A stretch of DNA of 37,988 nt, taken from assembly GCA_041739995.1 (NCBI GenBank), contig JBGSMV010000075.1:1-37988 (forward strand), given 5' to 3'. Numbering within the stretch: position 1 is the first letter of the stretch; each line of letters begins with the position of its first letter. A program made the translations under genes and the position numbers. The notes beneath the pieces are model-generated. The model saw only the letters and a program-made list of their open reading frames with translations. It had not been told where the DNA came from and did not search any database. This stretch comes from Bdellovibrionota bacterium (GTDB lineage: Bacteria; Bdellovibrionota_C; UBA2361; JBGSMV01). Positions 36,774-37,988 of the stretch are shown here, in pieces.

Positions 36774-37760
36774 TTAGAAATGGTATCGCGAGGCCTGAAA
36801 CCCAACAGCCTTGCGCACTCGATTTAAGACGGGGAAGCCAATTCCAAAGGCACGCTGAGCTCCATCTTGAAGGACTTTCTCCAGATGGGGTTCATCGGAG
36901 CGAAGTCGTTGGTAACGTTCCCGCGGTTCTCGGAACTCCGCATTTATCACCTCGAAAAGTTCTTCCTTCGCATGCCCCCATCCCAGGCCGCCAGCAGCGA
37001 GACGTTGAGAGAGATCTTGGAATTTTTCCGGTGTGGCAAATAGAGAAAAGAAGTCGGAAACGAGTGTCCCCTCAAGCTTCTTTGGAGCTTCGAGCGCTGT
37101 AGAGTCGGTCTTAATAGACATTACAAGCTTTTTAAGAGTCTTCTCGTCACAAAAGATTGGGATCTCATTGCCGTAGGACTTGGACATTTTTTTGCCATCC
37201 AACCCGGGCACCGCCATGACCTCTTGCTGAACTCGAGGTTCTGGAAGCTTTAGGCAGCCATCGCCGAAGAGGGCATTAAAAGAACCCGCAATGTCGCGTG
37301 CCATCTCAACGTGTTGCTTTTGATCTTTTCCGACCGGAACGATATCGGGATCGTACATAAGAATGTCTGCCGCCATGAGAACCGGATAGGCAAACACTCC
37401 GTGGTTCACTTCGCGTTGTTGAGCAAGTGCGTCCTTATAAGCATGCGCTTTTTCAAGAAAGCCCATCCCGGTGCAGCAGCTTAAATACCAAGCAAGCTCA
37501 GCCACCATCGGAACGTCGGACTGTCGGTAGAGAATATGCTTTTTATGGTCAAACCCGAGTGCGAGCCAACAAGCCACCAGGTCGTAACTATACGCACGCA
37601 TGAGGGAAGCATCTCGAAGCGTGTTGACGGTATGCATGTCTGCAAGAAAATACAGGCACTGATAGTCGTCTTGGCGCGCGAGGGCAGGACGAATCATTCC
37701 CAAGTAATTACCGAGGTGCACATTGCCCGAAGGCCTTATACCAGTAAGAGATCGCTTCAT
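36774..37760 (-). CDS. trpS: tryptophan--tRNA ligase
   Basis: TGIRPSG.VHLGNY, YPVLMAADIL, VPVGKDQKQHVE, KMSKS; start placed at ATG 37760 because the track start runs into the tRNA. Confidence 0.95.
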   Translation of the reverse strand: MKRSLTGIRPSGNVHLGNYLGMIRPALARQDDYQCLYFLADMHTVNTLRDASLMRAYSYDLVACWLALGFDHKKHILYRQSDVPMVAELAWYLSCCTGMGFLEKAHAYKDALAQQREVNHGVFAYPVLMAADILMYDPDIVPVGKDQKQHVEMARDIAGSFNALFGDGCLKLPEPRVQQEVMAVPGLDGKKMSKSYGNEIPIFCDEKTLKKLVMSIKTDSTALEAPKKLEGTLVSDFFSLFATPEKFQDLSQRLAAGGLGWGHAKEELFEVINAEFREPRERYQRLRSDEPHLEKVLQDGAQRAFGIGFPVLNRVRKAVGFQASRYHF

Positions 37761-37808
37761 TCTAAGAGCACACCGAAGAAAGCAGGATAGGGGGTTTATT
37801 AAATAAAA

Positions 37809-37885
37809 TGGTCGGGCTGAGAGGATTTGAACCTCCGACCTCTCCCACCCCAAGGGAACGCGCTACCAGTCTGCGCCACAGCCCG
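37809..37885 (-). tRNA. tRNA-Pro (GGG)
   Basis: CGGGCTG...TGGTAGCGCG TTCCC-TTGGGGT-GGGAG ...GGTTCAAATCC...CAGCCCG-ACCA; 77 nt cloverleaf with encoded CCA. Confidence 0.95.
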
Positions 37886-37988
37886 AAACAATCTACTTTT
37901 CGCCGATACTGCCCTTTGGGGTGCTAGGGTCTCAATGTTCGCACTTGCTCACATTGAGCGTCTGTTATGAATTCTACCGCAATCGCTT

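Noticed and set aside
37809..37885. tRNA-Pro as the integration site of the rep/par module
   Set aside because: No duplicated tRNA 3' end or integrase seen, and trpS and flagellins lie between them

Overview
Bacterial genomic window made up mostly of housekeeping genes: manA, purK/purE, icd, rsgA, ung, clpA/clpS/aat, mtgA, tesA/ybbA/ybbP, a type IV pilin-like gene, fliG, ispA, folC, two tandem flagellins, trpS and tRNA-Pro(GGG). Two regions stand out. (1) About 10010-11195 has no credible protein gene but holds a ~1.1 kb GC-rich segment with deeply nested long-range helices and GNRA/UUCG-capped hairpins, bracketed by short tandem repeats. It is a candidate giant structured non-coding RNA or an ORF-less intron-like element. 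(2) About 29150-33460 is a plasmid-type replication/partition module among core genes: two copies of a non-canonical parS-like palindrome, parB-parA, an array of seven CTCGTG motifs spaced mostly 22-23 bp apart, an AT-rich tract and a divergent RepA-like initiator. Spot counts suggest GC skew reverses across it, as expected for an active origin of a chromid or chromosome. Gene calls come from recognising motifs in the translations; no database searches or folding computations were run.
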